A stretch of 64,000 nt of DNA from assembly GCF_009914755.1 (NCBI RefSeq), contig NC_060925.1, one strand, 5' to 3'. The stretch's first letter is position 1, and the number at the start of each line of letters is the position of its first letter. Both the position numbers and the translations under genes were made by a program. The notes under the pieces are model-generated. The model was not told where the DNA came from, did no database searches, and worked only from the letters and a program-made list of their open reading frames with translations. The stretch comes from the human T2T-CHM13v2.0 reference genome, Homo sapiens. Of the stretch, positions 40,150 to 52,170 are shown piece by piece.

Positions 40150-40850
40150 ATATTCCCAAATCCAGTCAGGCACTGGGTCAGGTTAATTCTGCCTTAGGAA
40201 TGTTTCTCAAGTCCATCTTTCCCTTTCTAGGCCCACTGCCACCAATCTGATGAGGGCCCTCATTGTTTGACACTTTGTGTATCTGCAGTGATGTGCTTAC
40301 TAGACTGCGCCTATCCTCTCCTTTCTGCCATCACAGACGTGCACTTGTGACTTCCCTGCACAAAGGCCTGAGCTGGATGACTACTGTCTACAAACTACAG
40401 AGTGAATAGTTGGCATGGAATTCAAGCAACACCTTCCATCAGCTGGATCGTATCTACTTCTCTATCCTTAGCTCCAAATTCTGCCTTTTACAAAAACTTG
40501 ACTCTAGCCAAAATGATACTTACTATATCAGGAAAACACCATGAAAGTTATCCTTCTGAGGCTTCATTTGACCACAATGACCTCAATGGAGAAAGTCCTT
40601 TGTCTTGACCTCTGCAGTTCTAAGAACTAACATTTATTTAAGAACAGTAGAAATTTCACTTCCAAAGGACTGCTTAAAACACTCTGGTCATCTTAAATCA
40701 GTTCAGGAACCGAACCCTGATGGCTGGTGCCTGCCATTTTAAATGGAAACTCATCTCTGCTTTCTTGAATTATTAGTTTTCTTTTAGGCATTCTCTGATC
40801 CTTCTCAACTGAACCTTCAGCCCTTTAGGAATACAGACTCCATACTTGAA
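40150..40850 (+). mobile_element. Degraded L2 fragment(s)
   Basis: Pyrimidine-rich L2-like tract (CCCACTGCCACC, CCCTCATTGT, TTGGCATGGAATTCAAG). Confidence 0.5.
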
Positions 40851-40967
40851 ATTCCCTCACATGTTAGAATGGCCTACACGTTGTAAAAATTTTGTTTACT
40901 ATGATATTAAGAGAAAGGTATGTTTCTTCTTTTTATTAAGTAGCTCCAATGGAAAACAAATGAAAAT

Positions 40968-40994
40968 TACACACACACACACACACACACACAC
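40968..40994 (+). repeat. (CA)n microsatellite
   Basis: About 13 perfect AC units. Confidence 0.95.
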
Positions 40995-41436
40995 GCTTCC
41001 CATAAGATAGTGCATCTAATTATTTCATTGGTAGGGCATGCCTTTTATCAGTGTTCTGCTTCTTGTAAACTCAGTTTATAAGCTCAGAATTTTCCTGAAG
41101 AAGAAATTTAGATGCGTATCAACCACTCTGGTTACACATTTCTTTATCAAAATACTCTACATTAATTTGAGCATATGAAGCCTGAAAATAAATTACTAGT
41201 ATATTTTGAAAGGAATCTCTCTATTTTTAGATGGGATTAGCATTTATTAGAGATATGGAAATAAAGGAAAAAGGGAGATACAACCATGTGAAGTAAGCTA
41301 AACAGTTCTTATAGAAGATATCATCATGTTTAAAATATTCATCCTTTTTTCCTCTGGAAGTACAAAATATTTACTTCTGTAGTTACAGTTCAATGCAACT
41401 TATGACTAAAACTGTCATCAGCTGAAATCATTAAAC

Positions 41437-41675
41437 TTTTTTTTTTTTTTTTTTTTTTTTGAGATGGAGTCTCGCTCTGTCACCCAGGCTGGAGTGCAGT
41501 GCCGCGATCTCGGCTCACTGCAAGCTCTGCCTCCTGGGTTCACGCCATTCTCCTGCCTCAGCCTCCTGAGTTGCTGGGACTACAGGGGCCCACCACCACG
41601 CCCGGCTAATTTTTGTATTTTTAGTAGAGACGGGGTTTCACCATGTTAGCCAGGATGGTCTCGATCTCCTGACCT
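41437..41675 (-). mobile_element. AluY SINE, 5'-truncated
   Basis: CAAGCTCTGCC, CACGCCATTCTCC, TTAGCCAGGATGGTCTCGATCTCCTGACCT; ends within left arm. Confidence 0.95.
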
Positions 41676-43029
41676 AAACTCTAACTTTTAAGAACAAATA
41701 TGATACATAGAACAGGGAAGATACTGCTTGCAGCATTATATAGATTAGCATCACCCATATAGGTTATACCATTTTTATCTCACTAAATTCCTGCATCCTG
41801 TAAATAACACACCCACATGTGGAGACCAGAACATACCAACATAAAATATTCCCTGCCCCTGTTCTTCTGGCAAAGAGAAAAGGTACCAGTGACAAAACTA
41901 TACTATTGAGGGACCAAGGAAATTGAAGAGTTACTTTATCAACTTCTGAGGGTGTAAGGAAACATAAAACAAAGCTAGCCAAATGCTTACAAATACTGAT
42001 AAGAATAACTAGACCATGTAGCACTGAAAACTTACCCAATGTCACGTTAAATACCGACCTTTCTAGGAGACATAACCTCTAAATGGTGTTAAAGTTAATA
42101 ATAACTAAATATGAAAAATATACTGAGGATTTGCTAGAGTTGTATACAGGCTGGAATGGGCATGAAAGGAAAATGCCCATGTGTGTGCATACATAGCAAA
42201 ATGCCCAGAAACACAAACAAATATAGAACAAAGACAGGTCTACACCGAGAGCAGATATTGATTGCACTCAAGGGCATATATTCAGGTGGTCCAAATGTAC
42301 TACACCAGTGGGATCATTATTTATGACTCAAACTCTACTAGCCAAGTCCATACCTAAGACCAATAATGTTTGGAAAAGATCTGGAACACTCTCTTTTCCT
42401 CTAAGATACACTAAGCCAATATGGTTCCCACTAACACCTAGAAAAATACCCAGGGAGGCACAAAAAACCCATGAGCAATCAACAAAGGCCGGCCTTGGTC
42501 TCTTTCTCCCTAAGCCATAGGCAGGAGAGTGTTAGAGCTCTAAAAGGCCAAAGAGGAATAAATTCCTAGAACATGAATAGAAACATGTCTTTGCTCATTT
42601 CCAGCAATACTGTGAGTTTCTGTTACTGTGTTCAATTATCATTGCAAAGATGAAAAAGCATTCAGATACTTAACGGTGTCTAATAATAGTAGACAGTTTA
42701 GGACAGAAATAATTCCAGCCCTCTAAGAAACCTGTCAAAATATCCCAGAGGTAAGAAACAATGACCCTACAGTAGACTGTGGCCATGACCCTCAGGTCCA
42801 AGTGCTAACTCTAAAAAAGTGTCATGAGATATTTGATGACAGCTGATCAAGACATCATTTTTACGCCCTACCTGGAACAGATAATATCTTTTGAAATGAA
42901 TATTCAGCATACCTGCCTTCAATACCACATGGAAAATCACACAGAGACAAAGGGAAAAAAACTGCCATTCTTTCTCAGTTTAGGCTATTCGTGAGCTAAT
43001 ACATAACCGAACCTTCATCTTTATGCCTC

Positions 43030-43560
43030 TGTTCTCAGGTTAATATCTCCATCCCTGAAAGTCTCACCCAAATTCAAGCTTCAAATTTTTAACTGCTTCT
43101 AAGTCATTTTGATTTGGACACCCCATTATTACCTAAAACCCAGCATACCTTAACTAAACTCATGATGAATATAAGTTCAGTACTTATCAGAGGGCTTATA
43201 AGAAACAGAGAAAGTACTCTAAATATTAATTAAGTAAATTACTATTTCTTCTCATCCGAGTTTCTACTCTCAATTTCCTCAATTCTGTTACTTGGCTTCC
43301 GGTACCCTACTTTGTTTCTCTGAAATAATTGAGTTGTCTTACGTTGTTCCTCTCATTGAACCTTCATTCAAAATGCTCACCAAATATCTCAATTCTTTCA
43401 TAACAGACTCTGTCAGATTTAACTCTGAATGCTACCACCCTCAGACAGTGATCATCTTATACGTGGGCCAATGAAACTGTCTCCTCTTTTAGCCCAATTA
43501 TGAACTGTCTCTTTCCCCTTTCATCTAATTCTACTATTTCTACAGGATTAGTATTCATGA
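43030..43560 (+). mobile_element. L2 fragment
   Basis: L2-like ACCTAAAACCCAGCATACC...AAACTCATGA and downstream pyrimidine-rich tract. Confidence 0.5.
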
Positions 43561-43781
43561 AATAATAACAATAATAATAGCTTTGTTCCTTTCTCAGAAA
43601 CACGTACTGGCTCAAAACTGTTGTTATATTAACTCTTAACTACCACATCTATTCTAATGTTTCTCTAAACTGGGTCCACCCTGCTTATCAATCCTTATCA
43701 CCTACCAAATGTCCCAATAGTACCATTTGATCATTTTTGTCCTCACTTTACTTATGAAAACTCTTTACTGATGCTCATTTG

Positions 43782-43816
<35 letters not shown>

Positions 43817-43944
43817 ATATTAACACTTGTTCTCCATATGAAGTTGATCCTTATAATAACATCTTGCTTTTCCTATTTTCACCTGGAAACATCATGCTTC
43901 CCTACACAAACACTAAATTCCAGGTGTCTAGAGATGATAACATA

Positions 43945-44200
43945 GGAAGCAATATATTGTAGTAATTAAGATTCAAACTCTGGAGTAGACTGCTCAACTC
44001 CAAATTCCATCTCCAGCACTTAAAAGTTATATGAGCTCAGGCAAGCCTTTTAACTTCTGTGTCTTCGTGTCCATCATTATCTGTAAGATGGGGATAATAA
44101 TATCTATTTCATACAGTTGTTATAAGAATCAAATGAGCTTCTACATACATATACAGTGCTTAGAGGTGGACATGGTATTTTACTCACTCAATTATTTTCA
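43945..44200 (+). mobile_element. Near full-length MIR
   Basis: ACTCTGGAGTAGACTGC...ATCTGTAAGATGGGGATAATAATATCTATTTCATACAGTTGTTATAAGAATCAAATGAG. Confidence 0.85.
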
Positions 44201-44399
44201 GTAATTATGTATTTCTTTTAGCCACTATCCACTGTTTCTTTCTGTGTCTTTCTGTGTTCCTATATCTCTCCCTGTCTTACTGTCTCTATCTTTGTCTCCG
44301 TATGCCTTTCTCTCTCTGACTCCTCTCTCACTCCCTCTGTCTGTTTTTCTTCCCCTTCACAATCCAGTTGGAGGAAAGAGTTGTTCATTCTCATTACTT

Positions 44400-45220
44400 C
44401 TACTTCATGACATCCCATGCATTCCTCAAAGCACCTGATTTCTGCCCACACCATTCTAATGAAACCATTCTTGCCAAAATCAGCTTTGACCTCTTTGTTG
44501 GCAATCCCAGTGATATTTTCAGTTTTCCTTATTGACAATTCTGCAGTGCTTCACATTTCTTTTTACTACTTCTTCCTTAAATCTCCATTCTTGAGTTTCT
44601 GCAATACCACGTTCTCTTGGGTTTTCTTCCTACAACTCCAATCTTCATCTCCTTTAAATTCCTCTTCTCCTACCCTCGGCTTATTATCAGCAAACCCAGG
44701 ATTCTGTCCTGAACTCACTTCCCATCTTGTGTTTTAAAGCATTTTTCCCATGACTTCTATCTTTCATTCCCATCCAAACACTGACAGCTTCCACAGTTTC
44801 ATCTGCAGTCCAGATCTCTTCTAGCACACCATCCTGCCTACTGGATACTGTGGCTCCACTATCGCACTTCCAACTCAGTACTTCAAAAGCTATATGCATA
44901 CCTTCTCCCCTTTCACTCCCCAAATCCCATTCATCTTGGGTGCCCTGGGGCAGTGAAATGCAGCACCATTGACAGTCAGAGATGCCTGTCCCTGTCCTAG
45001 TCCAGCAACCCTCCCGCCACATTTGGTGCATTCCTCTGTCTTACTACCTCCCCACTCTGTTCACTTCTTTCAAGGCAGGACTAATATTTTATTTCAGTCT
45101 GTCGTTGTTTCTACCCTAGATTATTGCAGGAGGTTCCTCGCTGGTATCTTTGTAACTGGCCTTGCCCGCTGCCTTATCCCTTGGCCACACTGCAGTCTGA
45201 CTCATTGTTCTAAAAATGAG
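44400..45220 (+). mobile_element. L2 fragment (ORF2-derived region)
   Basis: CCATTCTAATGAAACCATTCTTGCCAAAATCA...TGACCTC, CACGTTCTCTTGGGTTTTCTTCCTAC, CCTAGATTATTGCAG. Confidence 0.75.
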
Positions 45221-46476
45221 AGAGTCAGGGCATAGATAGCCAAATAGATTAGAATCAAAAGTAACAGCACTGTAAGTTATTCCATGGAGCTAAGGTTTAT
45301 TTTTCTCTATCTTTGTGCCCAGGGCTCTGCCAGAACCTAAAAGACCTAAAGTATAAGATAAGCAGTATTTCTGGAATTTGTGACCACTAAAGTCTATTAA
45401 ACGGCAAGGAAATCCTCCAAAGCAGATTTTCTAACCCATTTTCAAGGGACTTGTTTCCAGAACTGGAAGAAATGTTACATATGGTTATGATGGCATGATT
45501 TGATACGGAGAGCCTTGTTCTTTGTAGAAATCAATAATAAACATCTCGAATCCAGATAGGAATAACTAGTTTGTAGCTACAAATTTTAAGATTGTATCTG
45601 TAAACTTGGAAACCTCTTAATTCATAGGTGCCATTTTTTAAAATGTATAAATTTCCTGGTCACTCAATCCTTTCTCTTTTACCAGGTCCCTCTGCCTCTA
45701 CCTCCCATGCACCCCATTCCTGAATTCCCTTCCTTTTCTTTTTGGTCACATTGTATCTGGTTTTTACTCTCTGAGATGCCAGCTCGGCTTCCTCAACACA
45801 TCTCAGTCCTGTTTAGTTCTATTTCCACTCTGCTCCATCTAGTGGAATGCTGATTTTTACAGTATGGTGCCAGCTTTGCTTACTCTACTTTGCTGCGCAG
45901 GGTCAAGATATAAACATTGAAACAAAACCAAACTTTAACCTTTGATAGATAAGTTAAGTATCATTTCCCAAATACCTGGACAGAAACCAGAATTCCACGA
46001 GCATGCTTATGTGAAGAAAGTGGAAACATGTTCAATCCAATGGCAGCATTAGGCTCAAAAACGGCTACTCCATCAAGAAATAAAAGGCAAATGATTATTT
46101 TCTCTGTTATTTAAGCTTTGTTAGCATAGTCTTCTTAATGTAAATTATTTGATAATTGTGAAATATGCTCCAGGGACCATTAAGAAGTTTATTTTTTTTT
46201 CTTGTACTGAATGACAAAAGTTAAACTATTAGGAAAATGAAAGTATTCCTATGCTTGTTTTTGTATTTACAGTATGCAAGGTATACTTGGAACCATGTGA
46301 AAATTAATTTCATCACAAAGGCATGGGTATGATTCTCTGGAAAACATATATTCCTCTATCTAGACAGTTATTTTACAATATTCATGCGTATGAACTACAC
46401 AATCAACTTAGAGCTTGATGGTGTACTTTCTTCAGATGTATCCTGATGAATCTAAGTATAATATCTTCATGATTAG

Positions 46477-46791
<315 letters not shown>

Positions 46792-47049
46792 AAGGATCAA
46801 ATCCTAAAGACTCAAGCTAACAGCCAATTTGGAGTAGATTCCCTTATGATTTTACTTCTGGAGTTGAGAAATATGTGAATAAACATGGGGCCAATTATTA
46901 TCATCAAATGAATAAAAAGTCTTATTTTTAAATTTGATTGGGGACAGAAAGATCATAGAAATCAACTAGGAAGGAAAGAAATAAAATTCATTCTGAAAAT
47001 GACAACAAGTCTAGGCATACCCTACCCTGATGCCAACACCATTGGCTCA

Positions 47050-47610
47050 TTCATTCATTCCCTGAAGTTGTAGCCATAGTGTTCCTACTAAAACATAAAT
47101 CTAATATGATCCCAAACAAGAAAAAGCAAAACCTTCAAAACTTCTCATTAACCTCAGGCAAAGTCCAAAACCCTTAAATTGATTTCAAGATCCTTCATTA
47201 TCAAGTCCCTGACTCCATCTTCATCACTAGTAACCTGCTTCTTCACATCATCCATGACCCTTTGGCCATTTGTAACAACTCTCATTTCCTCGAAGGAGCA
47301 AAACTCTCTCTCAGCCTCTGAGCTTGTGCAATGACTGACCTCTCCACTTGGAATATCTGCTCTCTTTCCCTCCACCCTTCACGAGTTAATGTCTGCTCAT
47401 TCTTCAGGTCTCACTTTGCACATCACAAGACTAGGACAGATGCCCTTCCTTTGTGCTCCCATGCCACTTTGTCCTATACCCCACAGCCAGTTATATGGCA
47501 AACTCTTCAAACTCCTGTTCACCTAGAACTCTCCATCACCTAGATTACCACTTGGAACAAGAGATGGTCAATATATCTTTGCTAAATAAGTCAATGTATA
47601 AAGGAAGGAA
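47050..47610 (+). mobile_element. L2 3' portion
   Basis: CTAAAACATAAATCTAAT, AAAGTCCAAAACCCTTA, CTGCTCATTCTTCAGGTCTCA. Confidence 0.7.
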
Positions 47611-48816
47611 TGAAACCAAGACATGAGAGAAACATCAGCACATAAACCAATAAGCTGACAGTGGAAAATTTCAGGGTTGTTTTATTAAAGACAAAAGTGG
47701 GAAGGAAAGATTTTTTTTTCTTAAGCATAAAGTATAAAAGCCACATAATTTTGCCCATTGGGTTTATATGGATATAAGACACCACCCTGAGAAGCAAATT
47801 TAAGACATAGTTAGCAAGTCAAGTCAGAATGGAATACCTATGAAAAATAAGTAAAATTTCCCTATTGGACTTATTAACTCCAATATCTAAGTCACTCCCT
47901 GGGGAGAATTTGGCTCTTATATAGGAATGCTAACTTTTTTTCACCAGAGCAGACTCTAATCAAGTGTGTAGATGCTGCAATACACCAAATGGCAGAGGAG
48001 AATTAATGTTCCTCTTGTGGGTTCCTGAAGTGTCTTACCACCAGGAAGTAACTTGCGCACTGAACAGAACAGGGATCATTAGAAACAGTTATGCAAAACT
48101 TAAGAACAGAAATACCCTTGCTTTATGTGAAGGTTAGAATTTGATGATTTTGTTTTGGTGTCCTTGGGGTGGAGACTTAGGCAAAATACCAAATCATACC
48201 CACAGTCACAGAGCTCAAATTAAGAGGGGGGAAATGCCAGTTTACAATTCCTCTCATCTATTGTTGGCTTCAAACACTGTTAGAATAATGTTCCCAAGTT
48301 AATTCTTTGCTTGTAAAAATTTTAAAAGAAAAAGGGCCACATATACACAGTAATTTTTGAGGCCAACTCCCTCTCCACAAATTACCCACGAAAATGAAAA
48401 CTTTTGACACCACCATTTTAAGTAAAACCCTGGTGAAGTCACTGAAAACATTGGGGAAGTAACTTGACTTTTAGGCACATGTTGCTTTCCTTATCACGAA
48501 GTCAGGATTAGATGACAAATAAATACTAGGGGAAGTGCTATGAAAAACTATTTGCTTCATGACAGCAACATTTATGAATTTTCGTTTGTTACTTTCATTC
48601 TCATTTTGTTTCATTCATTCTCTGGTCAGAGAGACTTCAGTGCTCTAAATCACAATCATAGACTATCAGCCTGAATTATTTTTCCCTTCAACACAGAATG
48701 ATGACTGAATTACAGTTAGACTTTGGAAGTCATGTCTACCTGCTCATCAAACTCCATTTTGACAATTTTTAAAATTGTTAGTAAGACTAACACATGTGCA
48801 TGCACATGTGCGTGTG

Positions 48817-48817
<1 letters not shown>

Positions 48818-48848
<31 letters not shown>
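48818..48848 (+). repeat. (CA)n microsatellite
   Basis: About 15 AC units. Confidence 0.95.
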
Positions 48849-48850
<2 letters not shown>

Positions 48851-49059
48851 TAAATCTTATAGGAAAAGGCGTCTACCTCTGCCAAATTTCAGCTGGGAAC
48901 AAATTTTTATGGTTAGCTAATAAACCTGCTGAAAACAGGGGTTGATAATGGAAACCCTCCCGAGCCCTTAACTATAGTGTGCACAGCTATAATAAAAAGA
49001 ATTAATGCAGTCAATTTGTACTACTGTTCTCTGAACAAAAAACCCTATTTCAACCACAG

Positions 49060-49390
49060 TCTTTTCAACAGCTGATTGGCAGCCCTGTCCATTTCCCCTC
49101 TGCAGTGTTGTCAGGAGTCTTCAACATGATAATGAGCCTGTCACCATATTCAAATAGCCCTGTGACAGCATGTTTTGTGAGTGTGACGTCCACTGCAAAG
49201 GGTCTGTCAAAAAGCACCTTTCAGAAAATGAAAAGAGAATGCTGTCCTGATGATAAACCTAATTTCTCCATAGATAAAAGAGTGAGATTTTTCATCAGAT
49301 TTTGTCAGTGTTGTGTTGCATTTATCTCTTCAAATGTTCCTGTTTTCTTTTTTTAAATATACATAAATTTAGATTTGTCAGTGACGGGGA
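49060..49390. promoter_or_regulatory. Candidate TALE (MEIS/PKNOX/PBX) + GATA enhancer
   Basis: TGATTGGCAG (49073), six TGACA/TGTCA and three WGATAA within ~310 bp. Confidence 0.45.
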
Positions 49391-51429
49391 AAAATGATGA
49401 TGAAACACATTTTCTGTTCTAGGAAGCTGAGTCCATCAGGTTAAACAGAGGGAAAAGAAAAAAAAAAAAAATCCTGATACTTTTCTATCACATTAAAAAC
49501 GGGCAGAAAAGTAGAAGGCTAACTTGTTAACTCCTCACCTGATAAACTTTCAAGGATGGAACTCAGATTCTGTATGCATCACTCATAAGGCCAATTGCAT
49601 CCCCAAAAATAGTCACAGGAAGTTGCTACGTTCAAACTGTGTATGTATACAGTCACTTTCTCAGTGCACATGAAAATCTGTAACCATGTTAGTAGCAAGG
49701 AGAAAGCTCATCCTTCAAGATTCATGGGCTACTTATTGTCTTGGTAAATAGTGTTTGTTTTAGGAATACTTGGAAAATGCATTTACATCATATTTCAATG
49801 GATTAAAGATTTTTGTGTGTGACTAAGATGTTTAGAAGTACTATTGTCAAGGGAAAAATAATTATTCTTGTGTTATGAAGACTTATAAACAGCCCAGGCT
49901 CTCTAAACATCATTTAATTTTCTTCCTTTGGTCCCTCTCCAATGTAGACCAAATCTCAGTGTGTTCAGTGTTAATGCAAAAAACCTAATTTAGGTCTTTC
50001 CTCAAAAGGGATATATGTACGTATATAAGTATATATACGATATATAAAATACATACCACACATACCTATATTATATATGTATATGAAATATACATTCATA
50101 CATAGGTACAAATACAGGTACACACACATACACACATAGTAGAAATAATACAACTGTCTATTCTTTGTGAATACTAGTGTCTCAGAATTTGATGAAATTC
50201 ACATGCATGGGCCCAAGGAAAACTGAGAAGCTCTCTGGCTTTGACAGTGGAAGAGGTGGGACAAGGATTGGGATGAGGAAGCAGGGGGACAGGAAGCCAG
50301 CAAGAACTGTCACTCTCTCCCTCCTGAGGTGCCCTCCGTACCATAAGCAAATAAACACATACAGGAGGTCCCGAAGGCTTCTAAGAAAGAAAACATGGTA
50401 GACATGTAAATCTAATGCCTACTTTATCTAAAACTCTATGACAATAAAAGAATCTTATATTTTAGAAAACACATACTCTATCCAGTGTACTACTATGTCA
50501 TTTAATTCACCAATATGCCTATATTAAACTATATATCAAAACACTTTTTTAAAGATATTACCAAACATACATAACCTTGTGTCTCCCTACCCTGACTTTA
50601 GCTAATGGCTCACTGACTTAAGTCTCATTTTCAAAGCAATATTTTCTTTCACTCATCTGTTCTATGCAACTTATGTATCTATAGGTGATGATAGCATTTG
50701 TGAAAACTTTTTGCTATTCATAAGCAAGAAAACAACCGTAATTTTCATTCTTCCAATTTCAAGTAAAATAAACACAATCCTAGTTATATCTCATTTGAGT
50801 TGAAGTCTGACTAAGCCAAAAGGACTTATTAATTAAAGAAAATGATAATTTCATGTTTTTGTATGTATCATAGATACAAAGCTGACATGACTAGAATGTT
50901 TTCTTAACTAAAAATTAATATATTTTGGTGGTTGAGGAGGGGGATCTCAATTTTTGCAATAGAGATTATCCTGGGTATACCAGGAAGGATTAAAATTTAA
51001 AACACAAAATAGAGATTTTTGTAAAGGTATGATTTACCTGTACTAGTCAACAGTTAGTGAAGCTAAAATTATTGAAGAGTTTTTAGGTTTTTTTATTTTT
51101 TTTTAATTCCAGAGTAAGAAAAGGCATCAAAGAAAAAAAAGTGGGGAGGTTCCCCAATATGTATAAAGTCAATGCCCGAAAGAAAGTAACTCATTGAGAA
51201 TCAGCAATAAATTTGACTGATTTTAAGTTTGTCAGCTGGAGGGAATTATTATAAAGTCAATAAATAGAGCTATAGACAGCTGGCTTTGTATAATATCCTT
51301 TTCCTTTGCCTAAATGTTTAAACTATTGGTTCATTTGGGATTTTCTTTTTTAAGAGGAAGAGAGAGAGAGAGGGAGATCTCAAATTGAGCTATCCTCAAC
51401 ATACAAAGCAAATTCCAGAATCTTGAAGA

Positions 51430-52170
51430 CTTTCATTGTCTCTGAAAGTCATTGTCACCACCCTAATCCCCTCATTAAAGCTAAAGAAATGCTGGGATGG
51501 CATTAAAATGAATGCAAACCATTTGCAGCAATCTCCTGCTCACACCACCTCCAAATGAAGGCAGGCACATTGCATAATCCAGGCAGCAAGAGCTCCTGAC
51601 AGGTGGATGATTTATGCTCATAGTCAGAAGAATCGGAGGGCCTGCGGAGGAGACAGCATGAGCAAGGTGGTGGCGAGACAGATGCTCTCAGTGGGCTTGC
51701 AGGGGCTGGCAGGCTCCAACTAGTTCAGGTGCAACCTGGACACTTTCAGTGCTGAACTCCTATTGCCTAGATTCCAATACTCTGATGTGTCATTTGCAAT
51801 ATTATATGCAATGTACACAATGAATAAACTGTCAAATCCGAGCAAGCATTGTACATATGCTGCATATACCTCTTACATACATAGATATTATGTACACAAT
51901 GCCCCAGCACATAAGTGAAAGGAAACCTCTTTTTGTCAAATGATGATTATGATACAGATGTAAATATTCTATACCTTCAGGATCCTCAGTTCTGAAAATA
52001 TTTAGCCCAGGTATGGTGAGTGGAGAGTGACAAGATTTCCTAACAATTGGATCAATATTAAAGATTGCACAGTGGGATTAGGAGAAACACACCTCACCAG
52101 AAAACTGACATTCCTGTCAATTATTTTAATTATTTTTCAGATACATGACATGCTTTCATGACATTTTATT
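51430..52170. promoter_or_regulatory. Candidate enhancer (SOX, K50-homeodomain, MEIS + PBX-HOX)
   Basis: CATTGT x2, TAATCC x2, TGACAG (51597) next to TGATTTAT (51608), TGACATTCCTGTCA (52106). Confidence 0.45.

Noticed and set aside
50010-50150. AT/AC low-complexity tract giving a Tyr/Ile/Met-rich ORF
   Set aside because: Degenerate (TA)/(CA) simple sequence
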